64,000 nucleotides of DNA. Origin: Blastocatellia bacterium. Lineage in GTDB: Bacteria > Acidobacteriota > Blastocatellia > UBA7656 > JADIYM01. Position 1 is the first letter of the stretch. Every line of letters starts with the position of its first letter. The position numbers and the translations under genes were made by a program. Under the pieces are notes generated by a model. That model searched no databases and was not told the origin of the DNA. It saw nothing but the letters and a program-made list of their open reading frames with translations. Where the stretch lies: NCBI GenBank assembly GCA_021463145.1, contig JAJTWZ010000006.1, forward strand, positions 17,485-81,484. The letters run 5' to 3'. Of this stretch, positions 52,827 through 62,238 are shown piece after piece.

Positions 52827-55800
52827 CTAATCTGCGATTTCGAACTGCCGCAAGAGGCTCTCCACGATGGCGATCGCATCGCGCTCGTCCGCTGCCGGCT
52901 CGTCGAGCGTGACTCGAAGCATACCGCCCGGCGTGAAGACGGCAGCACTGCGGCTTTCGTCAACAAACGCGAGCAGACGCTCGGGTGCGATCCGGGTGCG
53001 CTCGTCGAGCTTCAACGAGACGCGAAGCCGATCCAGGTCTATCGACGCGATACCCAGCGACGTGGCCAGGTTCCTCACTCTGGCGTAGCCGAACAGATTG
53101 TCGACGGAGGATGGAATGGGACCGTATCTGTCCGACAATTCGGCGCGCACCTCGTTCAGCCTGGCCTCGGTATCCGCGGTCGAAATGCGTTTGTAGGTCC
53201 GAAGCCGTTGATTGACGTCGGAAATGAACTCATCCGGAATCCGCACGTCTATGCCGAGGTTCACCACCGTCGTCGGTACGTCGCTGTCGACCTTCTCGCC
53301 CCGTAGTTCACGCACGGCGCGATCGAGCATCTGGCAGTACATGTCGAATCCGACGGCGCTGATGAATCCCGACTGTTGTCCGCCGAGCATGTTTCCGGCG
53401 CCACGCAGCTCGAGGTCGAGCGCGGCGACGCGGAACCCGGCGCCCAGGTCGGCGAACTCGCGAATGGCGGTCAATCGCTTCCGCGCGATCGTCGTCAGTT
53501 CGGCTTCGCTCGGAATGAGCAGGTAGGCGTACGCCTGCCGGTTCGATCGTCCAACTCGACCGCGCAGCTGGTAGAGCTGCGACAGCCCGAACGCATCGGC
53601 GCGATTGATGACGATGGTGTTTGCGAGCGGGATGTCGATCCCGTTCTCCACGATCGTCGTCGAGATGAGCACGTCTGCGTGGTGATGGACGAACTGGAAC
53701 ATCACGTCTTCCAGCATCTTCTCCGACATCTGCCCGTGTCCCACCGCCAGCCGCGCCGAAGGGACGATCCGCGCGATGAGCTCCGCGATCGTAAAGATCG
53801 TTTCGACCCGGTTGTGCACGAAGAACACCTGGCCCCCGCGCGACAGTTCCTGTTCGATGGCGCTTCGGACGACGTGTTCCGAGAAGGGAACGACGACAGT
53901 CTGTATCGCGAGCCGGTCGCGGGGCGGCGTTTCGATCACCGACATGTCGCGCAGGCCCGCAAGCGACATGTTCAGCGTTCGCGGGATCGGCGTCGCCGAC
54001 ATCGTGAGCACGTCGACGCGCTTCCGGAGATGCTTCAACCGCTCCTTGTGCGCGACCCCGAAGCGCTGCTCTTCGTCGACGACCACGAGGCCAAGGTCGC
54101 GGAACGCCACGTCCTTCGAAAGAAGGCGATGAGTGCCCACGACGATGTCGACCTCACCTCGCTCGACCGCGCCGACGGTTGCTTTCAGCTCCTTCGCCGA
54201 GCGGAATCGCGAGAGCATCTCTACCTTCACCGGAAATGCCGCGAATCGCTGGCGCAGGGTCATGAAATGCTGGAAGACGAGGACGGTCGTCGGCGCGAGC
54301 ACGGCTACCTGCTTGCCCTCCATGACCGCCTTGAACATTGCGCGCATCGCGACCTCGGTCTTTCCGTACCCGACGTCACCGCAGAGCAGGCGGTCCATCG
54401 GAACGCCGTTCTCCATGTCAGCCTTCACGTCACGCACGGCCGTTTCCTGGTCGGGCGTGAGCTGATACTCGAAAGCCTCCTCGAATTCGCGCTGCCACGG
54501 TCCGTCGGTCTGATAGGCGTGACCGCCGACGAGCCTGCGCTCGGCGTACAGCTTGAGCAGTTCCTCGGCCATGTCGCGCATCGCGCGCGTCGTCTTGGCC
54601 TTCGTCTTCTCCCACGCGACGCCGCCGAGCCGGTCGATTTTCGGCTCGTGGCCCTCGCCGGCCGAATACTTCTGCACGAGGTCGAGCCGTTCGACCGGAA
54701 CGTACAGCTTCGCCGCGTCGGCATAGGTGAGGAGCATGAACTCGCGGGTCCCCGCCTTACCGTCCCCAATCGGAAGCTGGAACAGGCCCTGGAATCGTCC
54801 GATGCCGTGGTCGACATGAACGACGAAATCGCCGTGCTTCAGGTCGCGGAAATCGGAGAGGAATGCGCCGAGCGCCGAACGGTTTCGCCGCGCCGAACGC
54901 CGCTGTTCGATCGGGCGATCGACCAGAGCGAAGATGTCCGATTCGACGAGTACGGTCAGATCGTTGCCCGGCAATCTAAATCCGGTTCCGAGCTGGCCGA
55001 CGCCAACGACCGGTTCCTGCAAATCACCGTCGACCTCGAAGTCGACTGCGAGCCGTACAGATACTTCGTATTCGCGTAGCATCTCCGCCACTCGCTCGGC
55101 CACGCCAGGGCTCGGCATGACCAGCAGTCGCGGCGACCCGGTCTTTGCCGCCTTCGTAAGCTCGTCGGCGAGCTCCGGAATCCGGCCGTGGTAACGAGGC
55201 GGCGACTGCGACGCAATGCGCGCTTCCGGAGCGTCGTGTGGAAGGGGAAAAGCGAAGGTGGGAGGCCTGTCGCCGTCCGCTTCCACCTCGGCGTCAAGTC
55301 GCGCCGCGGCCGAGCCGAGAACGCGAAAATCGACGCGTTGGAACACGTCGAGCCGTTCGCGCAGCTCGTCCACTGTCGAGTAGATTCGATCCGGCTCGAG
55401 CGCGACTTCGCCCGTCTCCTCGGCTTCGGCATAACGCGCGGCCAGCCGGTCGGCCACCTTCGCGGCGTGCCGCTCCACATCGATCGGCTCGTCGACGATT
55501 ACGAGCGTGTCGGCCGCAAGGTAGTCGACGGCCGAACCGTCGAGCGGATCGACTAGTGGCAGGAGGTACTCCCAGCCGGGGAACGATTCACCGCGCTCGG
55601 AGGCCGCGATTTTCGGCTTGAGGTCGGCATTGAATCGAAGGGCGTTCCATCGTCCTGGTGCGGCGCCGGACCAGTCGACGAGGGTTCGGCGGCGGTCGGG
55701 TACCTCGCGCATCGGCGGGATCAAAATGTCGCGCAGCCGCTCGACGGAACGCTGCGTCTCGGGATCGAAGGCGCGAATCGAATCGGCCGTGTCTCCGAAG

Positions 55801-56432
55801 AACTCGATCCGAACCGGGGTCTCACGCCCGGGAGGGAACACGTCGAGAATTCCCCCGCGAAGCGAGAACTCGCCGATGGCGCCCACAGGGTCTTCTCGCA
55901 CGTAACCGGCGGCGATGAGCGTATCGACGATCGACTCGAGCCGGTAGTTGGTTTCGAGCGCGATTTCGACAGCGAGATCTACCAGTCGCTCCGGCGAGAC
56001 GGTGCGTCGCAGCATTCCCCGCATCGTGGCGAGGAGTATTGGGACCGTCCCTCGCGCCAGATGGAGCAGGGCGTTTGCACGCTCTTCGAGGATCTCGGCG
56101 TGAGGTGACGTGCCGTCGTAGGGATCGGCCTCGGAATCTGGAAGCGACAGAACGGACCTCGCGGCCGTGCCGTCGCCGTAGAGAGCGTCGACGAAGAACG
56201 ACAGGTCTCTACGGATCGATTCGAGCGCCGCGAGATCCGGGACGACCGCGAGCACCGGCCGCGAGAGTTCCTGATGAAGCCGGGCTATCGTCAGAGCACG
56301 CGCCGGTCCGATGAGGCCGGACGCAACGACGACACGGGCGCCTGCCCGGACGTGTCCAAAGAGCAAAGCGGCCTCGGGCGTCTCGAAAGCTCGCCGGAAT
56401 GCCGCCGCGGCGGCTGACGATCGCGAACTCAT
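52827..56432 (-). CDS. mfd: Transcription-repair coupling factor
   Basis: This 1201-aa protein has a UvrB-homology N-region, an RNAP-interacting domain and a superfamily-2 helicase core ([22 protein letters not shown]). The TRCF C-domain is present. Confidence 0.95.
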   Translation of the reverse strand: MSSRSSAAAAAFRRAFETPEAALLFGHVRAGARVVVASGLIGPARALTIARLHQELSRPVLAVVPDLAALESIRRDLSFFVDALYGDGTAARSVLSLPDSEADPYDGTSPHAEILEERANALLHLARGTVPILLATMRGMLRRTVSPERLVDLAVEIALETNYRLESIVDTLIAAGYVREDPVGAIGEFSLRGGILDVFPPGRETPVRIEFFGDTADSIRAFDPETQRSVERLRDILIPPMREVPDRRRTLVDWSGAAPGRWNALRFNADLKPKIAASERGESFPGWEYLLPLVDPLDGSAVDYLAADTLVIVDEPIDVERHAAKVADRLAARYAEAEETGEVALEPDRIYSTVDELRERLDVFQRVDFRVLGSAAARLDAEVEADGDRPPTFAFPLPHDAPEARIASQSPPRYHGRIPELADELTKAAKTGSPRLLVMPSPGVAERVAEMLREYEVSVRLAVDFEVDGDLQEPVVGVGQLGTGFRLPGNDLTVLVESDIFALVDRPIEQRRSARRNRSALGAFLSDFRDLKHGDFVVHVDHGIGRFQGLFQLPIGDGKAGTREFMLLTYADAAKLYVPVERLDLVQKYSAGEGHEPKIDRLGGVAWEKTKAKTTRAMRDMAEELLKLYAERRLVGGHAYQTDGPWQREFEEAFEYQLTPDQETAVRDVKADMENGVPMDRLLCGDVGYGKTEVAMRAMFKAVMEGKQVAVLAPTTVLVFQHFMTLRQRFAAFPVKVEMLSRFRSAKELKATVGAVERGEVDIVVGTHRLLSKDVAFRDLGLVVVDEEQRFGVAHKERLKHLRKRVDVLTMSATPIPRTLNMSLAGLRDMSVIETPPRDRLAIQTVVVPFSEHVVRSAIEQELSRGGQVFFVHNRVETIFTIAELIARIVPSARLAVGHGQMSEKMLEDVMFQFVHHHADVLISTTIVENGIDIPLANTIVINRADAFGLSQLYQLRGRVGRSNRQAYAYLLIPSEAELTTIARKRLTAIREFADLGAGFRVAALDLELRGAGNMLGGQQSGFISAVGFDMYCQMLDRAVRELRGEKVDSDVPTTVVNLGIDVRIPDEFISDVNQRLRTYKRISTADTEARLNEVRAELSDRYGPIPSSVDNLFGYARVRNLATSLGIASIDLDRLRVSLKLDERTRIAPERLLAFVDESRSAAVFTPGGMLRVTLDEPAADERDAIAIVESLLRQFEIAD

Positions 56433-56917
56433 GGCGCCGGCGACGCGTCTCTGATGCGGCTCACGATGTCGGACGTGGAAACACCGTCGACGAACGGAAG
56501 CGACAGTACCTGTCCGCCAGCGGCTTCGACGACGTCGCGGCCTATTATGGCGTCGACGCCCCAGTCGCCGCCCTTGACGAGTACGTCGGGCAGGATCGCG
56601 GTAATGGTATCGAGCGGCGACACGTCGTCAAAGATGGTCACGAAGGTCACGGAGGCAAGTGCGGCCATGACCTCGGCACGCTCGTCCTCGAGCAGAATGG
56701 GGCGCGACGGTCCTTTGAGTTGGCGAACGGCGCGATCGGAGTTGAGCGCCACGACGAGCACGTCACCCAGCGCGCGGGCCTGCTCGAGGTAGCGTACGTG
56801 GCCAGGATGAAGCAGGTCGAAGCAGCCGTTCGTAAAGACGATGGTGCGTCCACGACGCCGGAGGTCGGCGCGTTCGGCGGCAAGCGCTTCGATGGACAGG
56901 ATCTTCTCGCGACTCAC
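56429..56917 (-). CDS. Cytidylyltransferase-like protein resembling HldE domain II (D-beta-D-heptose 1-phosphate adenylyltransferase)
   Basis: The motifs [16 protein letters not shown] and VVALNSD are present. Its stop overlaps the mfd start by 3 nt (TCA/CAT). Confidence 0.8.
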   Translation of the reverse strand: MSREKILSIEALAAERADLRRRGRTIVFTNGCFDLLHPGHVRYLEQARALGDVLVVALNSDRAVRQLKGPSRPILLEDERAEVMAALASVTFVTIFDDVSPLDTITAILPDVLVKGGDWGVDAIIGRDVVEAAGGQVLSLPFVDGVSTSDIVSRIRDASPAP

Positions 56918-57230
56918 GAGCGGGGTTTATAGCACAGCAGGTCGAGCGACAGGGCGGACTTGCACATCGGCGCCGTGGCATCGCTTTCATTCAGGGCGAG
57001 ACGAAAGGGCCGGCGTTGCGCCACGCTCCCCGACTCGCGTCCCGCGATCGCAGCCTCTCGGCCGGCCGTCGTCAGGTCGCGGTAAAAAGCGTCTATTCGC
57101 AATCACATACAGCCTTTATAACTCGGTTACAAATTCACTAGACCGTTCAAAAGATCTAAATGCGCCTGCCGGGGTACTTCTCTTGTCGAAGCACGACACT
57201 GCTTCGAATTCCGTAGCGAGGTAACCCCCG

Positions 57231-60101
57231 ATGAACGCGACATCAACCCTTTCGAATCGGTTTCTGGCCGTTGCCGTAACCGCACTCGTGGCCCTTCCGC
57301 TCATTCCGACCGCGATGCCCGCATCAGCGTCGGTTTCGTCGCACGTCCACACCGCGTCCGCTTCGATCGACGCCGCCGTCGAGACCTCGACCCGGCGCCG
57401 CGACGGCCTTCCGCTGGCCTACGAAACGAATCGTGGCCAGGCCGACGCCTCGGCCCTCTTCGTTGGCCGCGGCAACCGCGTCCGCGTCGCGCTCACGCGC
57501 ACGTCGGCCGTTTACACGGTGACGGACGGCGACGTCGACGCCTCGGTCGCGATGTCGTTCGGTGCCACGAACACCACGACAGTGGCCCCGGAAGGCGAGC
57601 CCGTCGGCATGGCGAACTACTTCCGCGGCCCGCGCGAGTCGTGGATGACCGAAGTCCCGTCGTTCGGCCGCATCCGCTACAACAGGGTCGCCGACGGCAT
57701 CGACGCGGTGTTTCACGGCGTCCGCAACGCGCCGGAGTTCGACTTTCTCGTCGCGCCGGGCGCGGACCCGTCCGCCATCGCGATGATCTTCGACGGCGCC
57801 GGGTCGGTGACGCTCGATGCGAACGGCGCGCTGAGCCTCGCGACGGCCGCGGGCGACATCGTCCTGAACGCGCCGGTCCTCTATCAGGTTATCGACGGCG
57901 AGCGCCGGCCGGTCGACGGTGCATTCCGTCTCGACGACGGCCGCGTGCGGCTCGACGTCGGCCCTTACGACGCGTCGCACCAGCTCGTGATCGATCCGGT
58001 CATCGACTATGCGACCTACGTCGGCGGCAATGGCGACGACCGTGTCGAGGACACGAAGATCGACTCGAACGGCAGCCTCGTCCTCACCGGCTCGACGCTC
58101 TCGTCAAACTTTCCGGTCATCGGCGGCGTGAGCAACAACCTGTCGGGCATGGACGCCTTCGTCACGAAGATCGGCCCCGGCGGCGTCGACTTCGCCTTCT
58201 CGACGTACCTCGGCGGCAACGGCACCGACAACACGAACGGACTCGCCCTCGACGGCGGCAAGATCTACCTCGCCGGATCGACGTCGTCGGGTGACTTCCC
58301 GACGGTCAACGCGTACGACAACAACCCGAACGGGCTCGACGCATTCCTGACGGTGCTCAACGGAACGGCCTCGTCGATCCTGTACTCGACCGTGATCGGC
58401 GGCGGCAACAACGACATCGGCAACGCCGTGGCGGTCGACGTGAACGGCAACGCGTTCCTCGCGGGCGAGACGCTCGAAACCGGGCTCTTTGGTGACTTCC
58501 CGACGAAGAGCCCCTCGAGCCTCGATCCGTTCCAGAAGAACTTCGGCGGCGGCCGCTCCGACGCGTTCGTCTGCAAGTTCGATCCGGACGAGTCCGGTAA
58601 CACGTCGCTCGTGTATTCGACGCTGCTCGGCGGCTCGGAGGGTGAAGGCGTCGAAGACATCGCCGTAGACGCGAACGAGCGCGCGTACGTCTGCGGCTAC
58701 ACCGAGTCGCCGGACTTCGACCGGCTGAACGCGGTGCAGAACACCTACGGCGGCGGAACGACGGACGGCTTCGTCACGAAGTTCAACGCGGACGGCACGA
58801 CGGTCTTCTATTCGACGTTCATCGGCGGCAGCGCCAGTGACGAGATGCTCGGCATCGCCCTCGATCCGGCGAACCCAACGCTGCCGACGATCGCCGGGTT
58901 CACAACCTCGACGAACTTCCCGACGAACTCGCCGGTGCAGTCTGCAAAGAACGGTCCCCAGGACATGACCATCACGAAGCTCAACGATGCCGGAACGGTC
59001 CGCACGTTCTCGACATACTGGGGAGGCCCCGGAAACGATGCGGCGAACGACGTCTCGTTCGACTCGCTCGGAAACGCGTACGCCGTCGGCTTCAGCAACA
59101 ACGCCTTCCCGCAGGTCAATGCGCTCAGCTTCAGCACAGGGACGGGCGTTGCCTTCGTCCAGATCAGTCCCGCGAATGCGGTCGCCGTTTCGTCGACGAT
59201 CGGGATTTCCGGAAACGGGTTCGGCATTGGCGTCGATGCCGGTGGCGACCTCTACTTCGGCGGCACGACGAGCGCCACGAACCTGCCGACCACCATCGGC
59301 GCGGCCCAGCCGTCGTTCGGCGGCGCGCCGAACGACGGATTCGCCGTTCGCGTCGACCGCGTGAACGACGACACGGTCGGGGTCTTCCGCGCAAGCACGG
59401 ACCTCTACACGCTGAAGAACGCGAACATCGTCGCGACGCCTCCGGTGTCGGCGACGCTTCAGGCCTCGCCAGATCTGCCCGTGGCCGGCGACTGGGACGG
59501 CGACGGCATCGACACGATCGGCGGCTACAACAGCGCGACCGGCCAGTTCCAGCTTCGCAACTCGAACGACACGGGCTCGCCCGACATTTCGTTCGTCTTC
59601 GGCGCCGGCAGCCAGATTCCGATTGCGGGCGACTGGGATGGCGACGGCACGGACACGATCGGAGTCTTCGATCCGGTAAACATGGCGTTCTTCCTGAAGA
59701 ACTCGTTCACGAAGGGCAACGCCGACATCGCGTTGAACTTCGGCGCGGCGGGTCAGGGTGCGGTTCCGGTCGCCGGTGACTGGAACGGCGACGGCATCGA
59801 CACGATCGGCCTGTTCATTCCGGGCACGAAGACGTTCCAGCTGCGCAATTCGAACACGAATGGCGGCGCCGACCTGACGTTCGTCTACAGCGCGTTCGGC
59901 GGCGGCGGCTTCCTGAAGCCGGTCACGGGTGACTGGAACGGCGACGGCGTCGACACGGTCGGCCTGATGGTCCGTGCGTTCATCGGAACGTCGACGCGGT
60001 TCTCGCTCCGGAACTCGAACTCGGCCGGTCCGGAGAATCTGTCGGTGGCGCTTGGAACGATCTCGGATTTGCCGGTCATCGGCAACTTCGACGGCCGATA
60101 G
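57231..60101 (+). CDS. Large secreted SBBP (beta-propeller repeat, PF06739-like) protein with C-terminal FG-GAP/VCBS-like GDWDGDG repeats
   Basis: A signal peptide is present. The SBBP motif recurs (DAF[VL]TK… [FY]STY[LI]GG…D). There are five C-terminal repeats of about 45 aa (GDW[DN]GDGxDT[IV]G… F.LRNSN). Confidence 0.8.
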   Translation: MNATSTLSNRFLAVAVTALVALPLIPTAMPASASVSSHVHTASASIDAAVETSTRRRDGLPLAYETNRGQADASALFVGRGNRVRVALTRTSAVYTVTDGDVDASVAMSFGATNTTTVAPEGEPVGMANYFRGPRESWMTEVPSFGRIRYNRVADGIDAVFHGVRNAPEFDFLVAPGADPSAIAMIFDGAGSVTLDANGALSLATAAGDIVLNAPVLYQVIDGERRPVDGAFRLDDGRVRLDVGPYDASHQLVIDPVIDYATYVGGNGDDRVEDTKIDSNGSLVLTGSTLSSNFPVIGGVSNNLSGMDAFVTKIGPGGVDFAFSTYLGGNGTDNTNGLALDGGKIYLAGSTSSGDFPTVNAYDNNPNGLDAFLTVLNGTASSILYSTVIGGGNNDIGNAVAVDVNGNAFLAGETLETGLFGDFPTKSPSSLDPFQKNFGGGRSDAFVCKFDPDESGNTSLVYSTLLGGSEGEGVEDIAVDANERAYVCGYTESPDFDRLNAVQNTYGGGTTDGFVTKFNADGTTVFYSTFIGGSASDEMLGIALDPANPTLPTIAGFTTSTNFPTNSPVQSAKNGPQDMTITKLNDAGTVRTFSTYWGGPGNDAANDVSFDSLGNAYAVGFSNNAFPQVNALSFSTGTGVAFVQISPANAVAVSSTIGISGNGFGIGVDAGGDLYFGGTTSATNLPTTIGAAQPSFGGAPNDGFAVRVDRVNDDTVGVFRASTDLYTLKNANIVATPPVSATLQASPDLPVAGDWDGDGIDTIGGYNSATGQFQLRNSNDTGSPDISFVFGAGSQIPIAGDWDGDGTDTIGVFDPVNMAFFLKNSFTKGNADIALNFGAAGQGAVPVAGDWNGDGIDTIGLFIPGTKTFQLRNSNTNGGADLTFVYSAFGGGGFLKPVTGDWNGDGVDTVGLMVRAFIGTSTRFSLRNSNSAGPENLSVALGTISDLPVIGNFDGR

Positions 60102-60606
60102 GCCGGGGGGAGAAGGTACGGGATCACGGGGACGTGAAGCGGACTTTCGGAACACCGAGCGTGACTACCTCGCCACGCCCGTTGCGTCCGGTCCACTCCA
60201 CTTTCCCGCGGTCCCGTTTCCTCGATTTAGAACAGAAGTTGCGCGATAGAGATTCGTAAGCGGCCCGGACTCGCCGAATTCGAATGTTGGGAGAAGGTGG
60301 GTGCGCCGGCAAGCCCGTGACCCCGCAACCACTACGCTACACGTTCCGCGTGCTGCACGCAGAAGCACGTGCGGCATCCCGACGTGCCGGGGGAAGGCTG
60401 TGTACCGGCCGATGGAACCGCGTCGCTCGCGCACCACGTAGTACGGGTGGCGTCGCGAGGAGATGCCTGATTTTCACCCGCCGCGAGCGCGTACGCGCCG
60501 GCTGGACACCAGTCCTGTCCTCGCGCCTTCGCCGTAGGTGCACCCGATCACGGGAGTCAATTCAGGTTGACGGTATCCGCGCTGGCGGAACCGCCAGGGA
60601 ACTGCA

Positions 60607-61434
60607 ATGGCATTCGACCTAGAGCACTATCTCGACAACTCGCGGGCATTGCGCGTGTCGGACATCGACTGGAAACAGGCGTCAGCCGTCGCAGTGCCCC
60701 CCGAACACGTCCGCTGCCTCAAATACATGATGGATATCGAGTCGCACACCATAATGTATTTGCGCGATCTGCTGAACAGCAGGGCCGTGGCCGATCCCGA
60801 TATCTCGGCGTTTCTCGCGTGCTGGGTCTACGAGGAGACCTTTCATGGCCGTGCGTTCGAGCGGTTCCTGAGGGAAATAGGCGTCGAGGTGGCGGCCGGC
60901 CGGGTGGAGGAGTTGCGCACCTCGACGAACTGGCGCGCCACCGTGGACCTCGCCGGTACGTTCGTAGTGTCGCGCCTGTCGCGCCACTTTCCCGCCGCGT
61001 ATCTCACGTGGGGCGCCATCAACGAACTGACCACACATTCCGGCTACCGGCTGCTGCTCGAGCGGACCGAGAACCCCGTGCTGGCAGTCCTGCTGCGCCG
61101 CGTCATGCGCGACGAATCCCGTCACTTCGCCTTCTATTACCACGAAGCGGGCAAACGCCTCGCCGAGCCAGGCGCGCAGCGGCTCACCCGCTTCCTGCTC
61201 GAACGCTTCTGGGGACCGGTAGGAAGTTCTGTGAAGTCCGCTGACGACGTGGCGTTCATCACCGCTTATCTCTTTGCGGGCCCCCAGGGCGAATCCGCCG
61301 TCGAGCACATAGAGCAGACCATCCGGCGGCTCCCAGGACTGGAATGGTTCGACCTCCTTGGCCGCGCGAGGGAGTCGGCGGTGACGCGCTATGGCGATTC
61401 CTGGGGGGAGACTGCGGCTGCTGGCGTCTCGTGA
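60607..61434 (+). CDS. Ferritin-like diiron-carboxylate protein (acyl-ACP desaturase/DesA-like or AurF-like fold)
   Basis: Two ExxH motifs (YEETFHGRAF; RDESRHFAFY) are each preceded by a helix carrying a single Glu, which is the classic four-helix diiron pattern. The family assignment is tentative. Confidence 0.65.
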   Translation: MAFDLEHYLDNSRALRVSDIDWKQASAVAVPPEHVRCLKYMMDIESHTIMYLRDLLNSRAVADPDISAFLACWVYEETFHGRAFERFLREIGVEVAAGRVEELRTSTNWRATVDLAGTFVVSRLSRHFPAAYLTWGAINELTTHSGYRLLLERTENPVLAVLLRRVMRDESRHFAFYYHEAGKRLAEPGAQRLTRFLLERFWGPVGSSVKSADDVAFITAYLFAGPQGESAVEHIEQTIRRLPGLEWFDLLGRARESAVTRYGDSWGETAAAGVS

Positions 61435-61510
61435 CCGGATAATATTCCCTGTAAATATTTTCGAAGCCCATTGCAACCGTCGCGGAGTTCGCTTATGTAG
61501 TAACGGACCG

Positions 61511-62056
61511 ATGATCCTGAACCGACGGGTACTGCTGCTGAACGCCTCTTACGAGCCGCTCGGGCTCGTATCGATCCCGCGCGCCGTAAGACTTGTATTC
61601 AAGGGCGCGGCCCACATGGTCGAAGCAGACGGAGATCGTGTGCTCCGTTCGGTGCACGCTTCTTATCCGGTTCCGGGGGTCATCCGGCTGTCGCGATACA
61701 TCCGCGGGCGGCACCGCCGGTCGTCAGGCAGCCTACGGTCAAAGGTGTTGTTTCGCGACAGATTCGTCTGCCAGTACTGCGGTGTGCACGGATCGGCGAA
61801 ATCGCTTACGCTCGATCACATCCTGCCGAGGTCGCGAGGGGGCCATTCGGTGCCGGAGAATCTCGCCGCCGCCTGCGTGCCCTGCAATTCGCGTAAAGGA
61901 AACAGGACGCCTCTCGAGGCCCGGATGCCGCTGCTGGCGGAACCGGCGGCTTTCATGTACGACCTCGACCTGGCCATACTCGAAGGCGCTTCCGAAGGCC
62001 GTCCCGAGTGGCGCAAGTACCTGTTTCGGAACGAGCCGATTTCTGCATCCGCCTGA
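61511..62056 (+). CDS. HNH endonuclease (McrA/COG1403-like, 181 aa)
   Basis: The HNH motif is CQYCGVHGSAKSLTLDHILPRSRGGHSVPENLAAACVPCNSRKGN. Confidence 0.8.
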   Translation: MILNRRVLLLNASYEPLGLVSIPRAVRLVFKGAAHMVEADGDRVLRSVHASYPVPGVIRLSRYIRGRHRRSSGSLRSKVLFRDRFVCQYCGVHGSAKSLTLDHILPRSRGGHSVPENLAAACVPCNSRKGNRTPLEARMPLLAEPAAFMYDLDLAILEGASEGRPEWRKYLFRNEPISASA

Positions 62057-62238
62057 CTTCGTTCCACCGCCGCCATTCGAGAGCGAGGATCGGGCGGACA
62101 CACGGCGAGCGCGGACGTGCTCCTAGCTATCTTTCCGGCAACTTGCTATAACGGGACCACTTCACGCTCAGGCACATTCGGTTGAAGACGAGTTTTCACG
62201 CCGGTGATGGCTCGCGATTCAGGAGGATTTCCTCGGTC

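Noticed and set aside
53376-55079. 567-aa plus-strand ORF
   Set aside because: It is antisense to mfd, which is a full-length TRCF with helicase motifs.
58104-60155. 683-aa minus-strand ORF
   Set aside because: It is antisense to the SBBP/FG-GAP repeat gene, is Arg-rich, and has no motifs.
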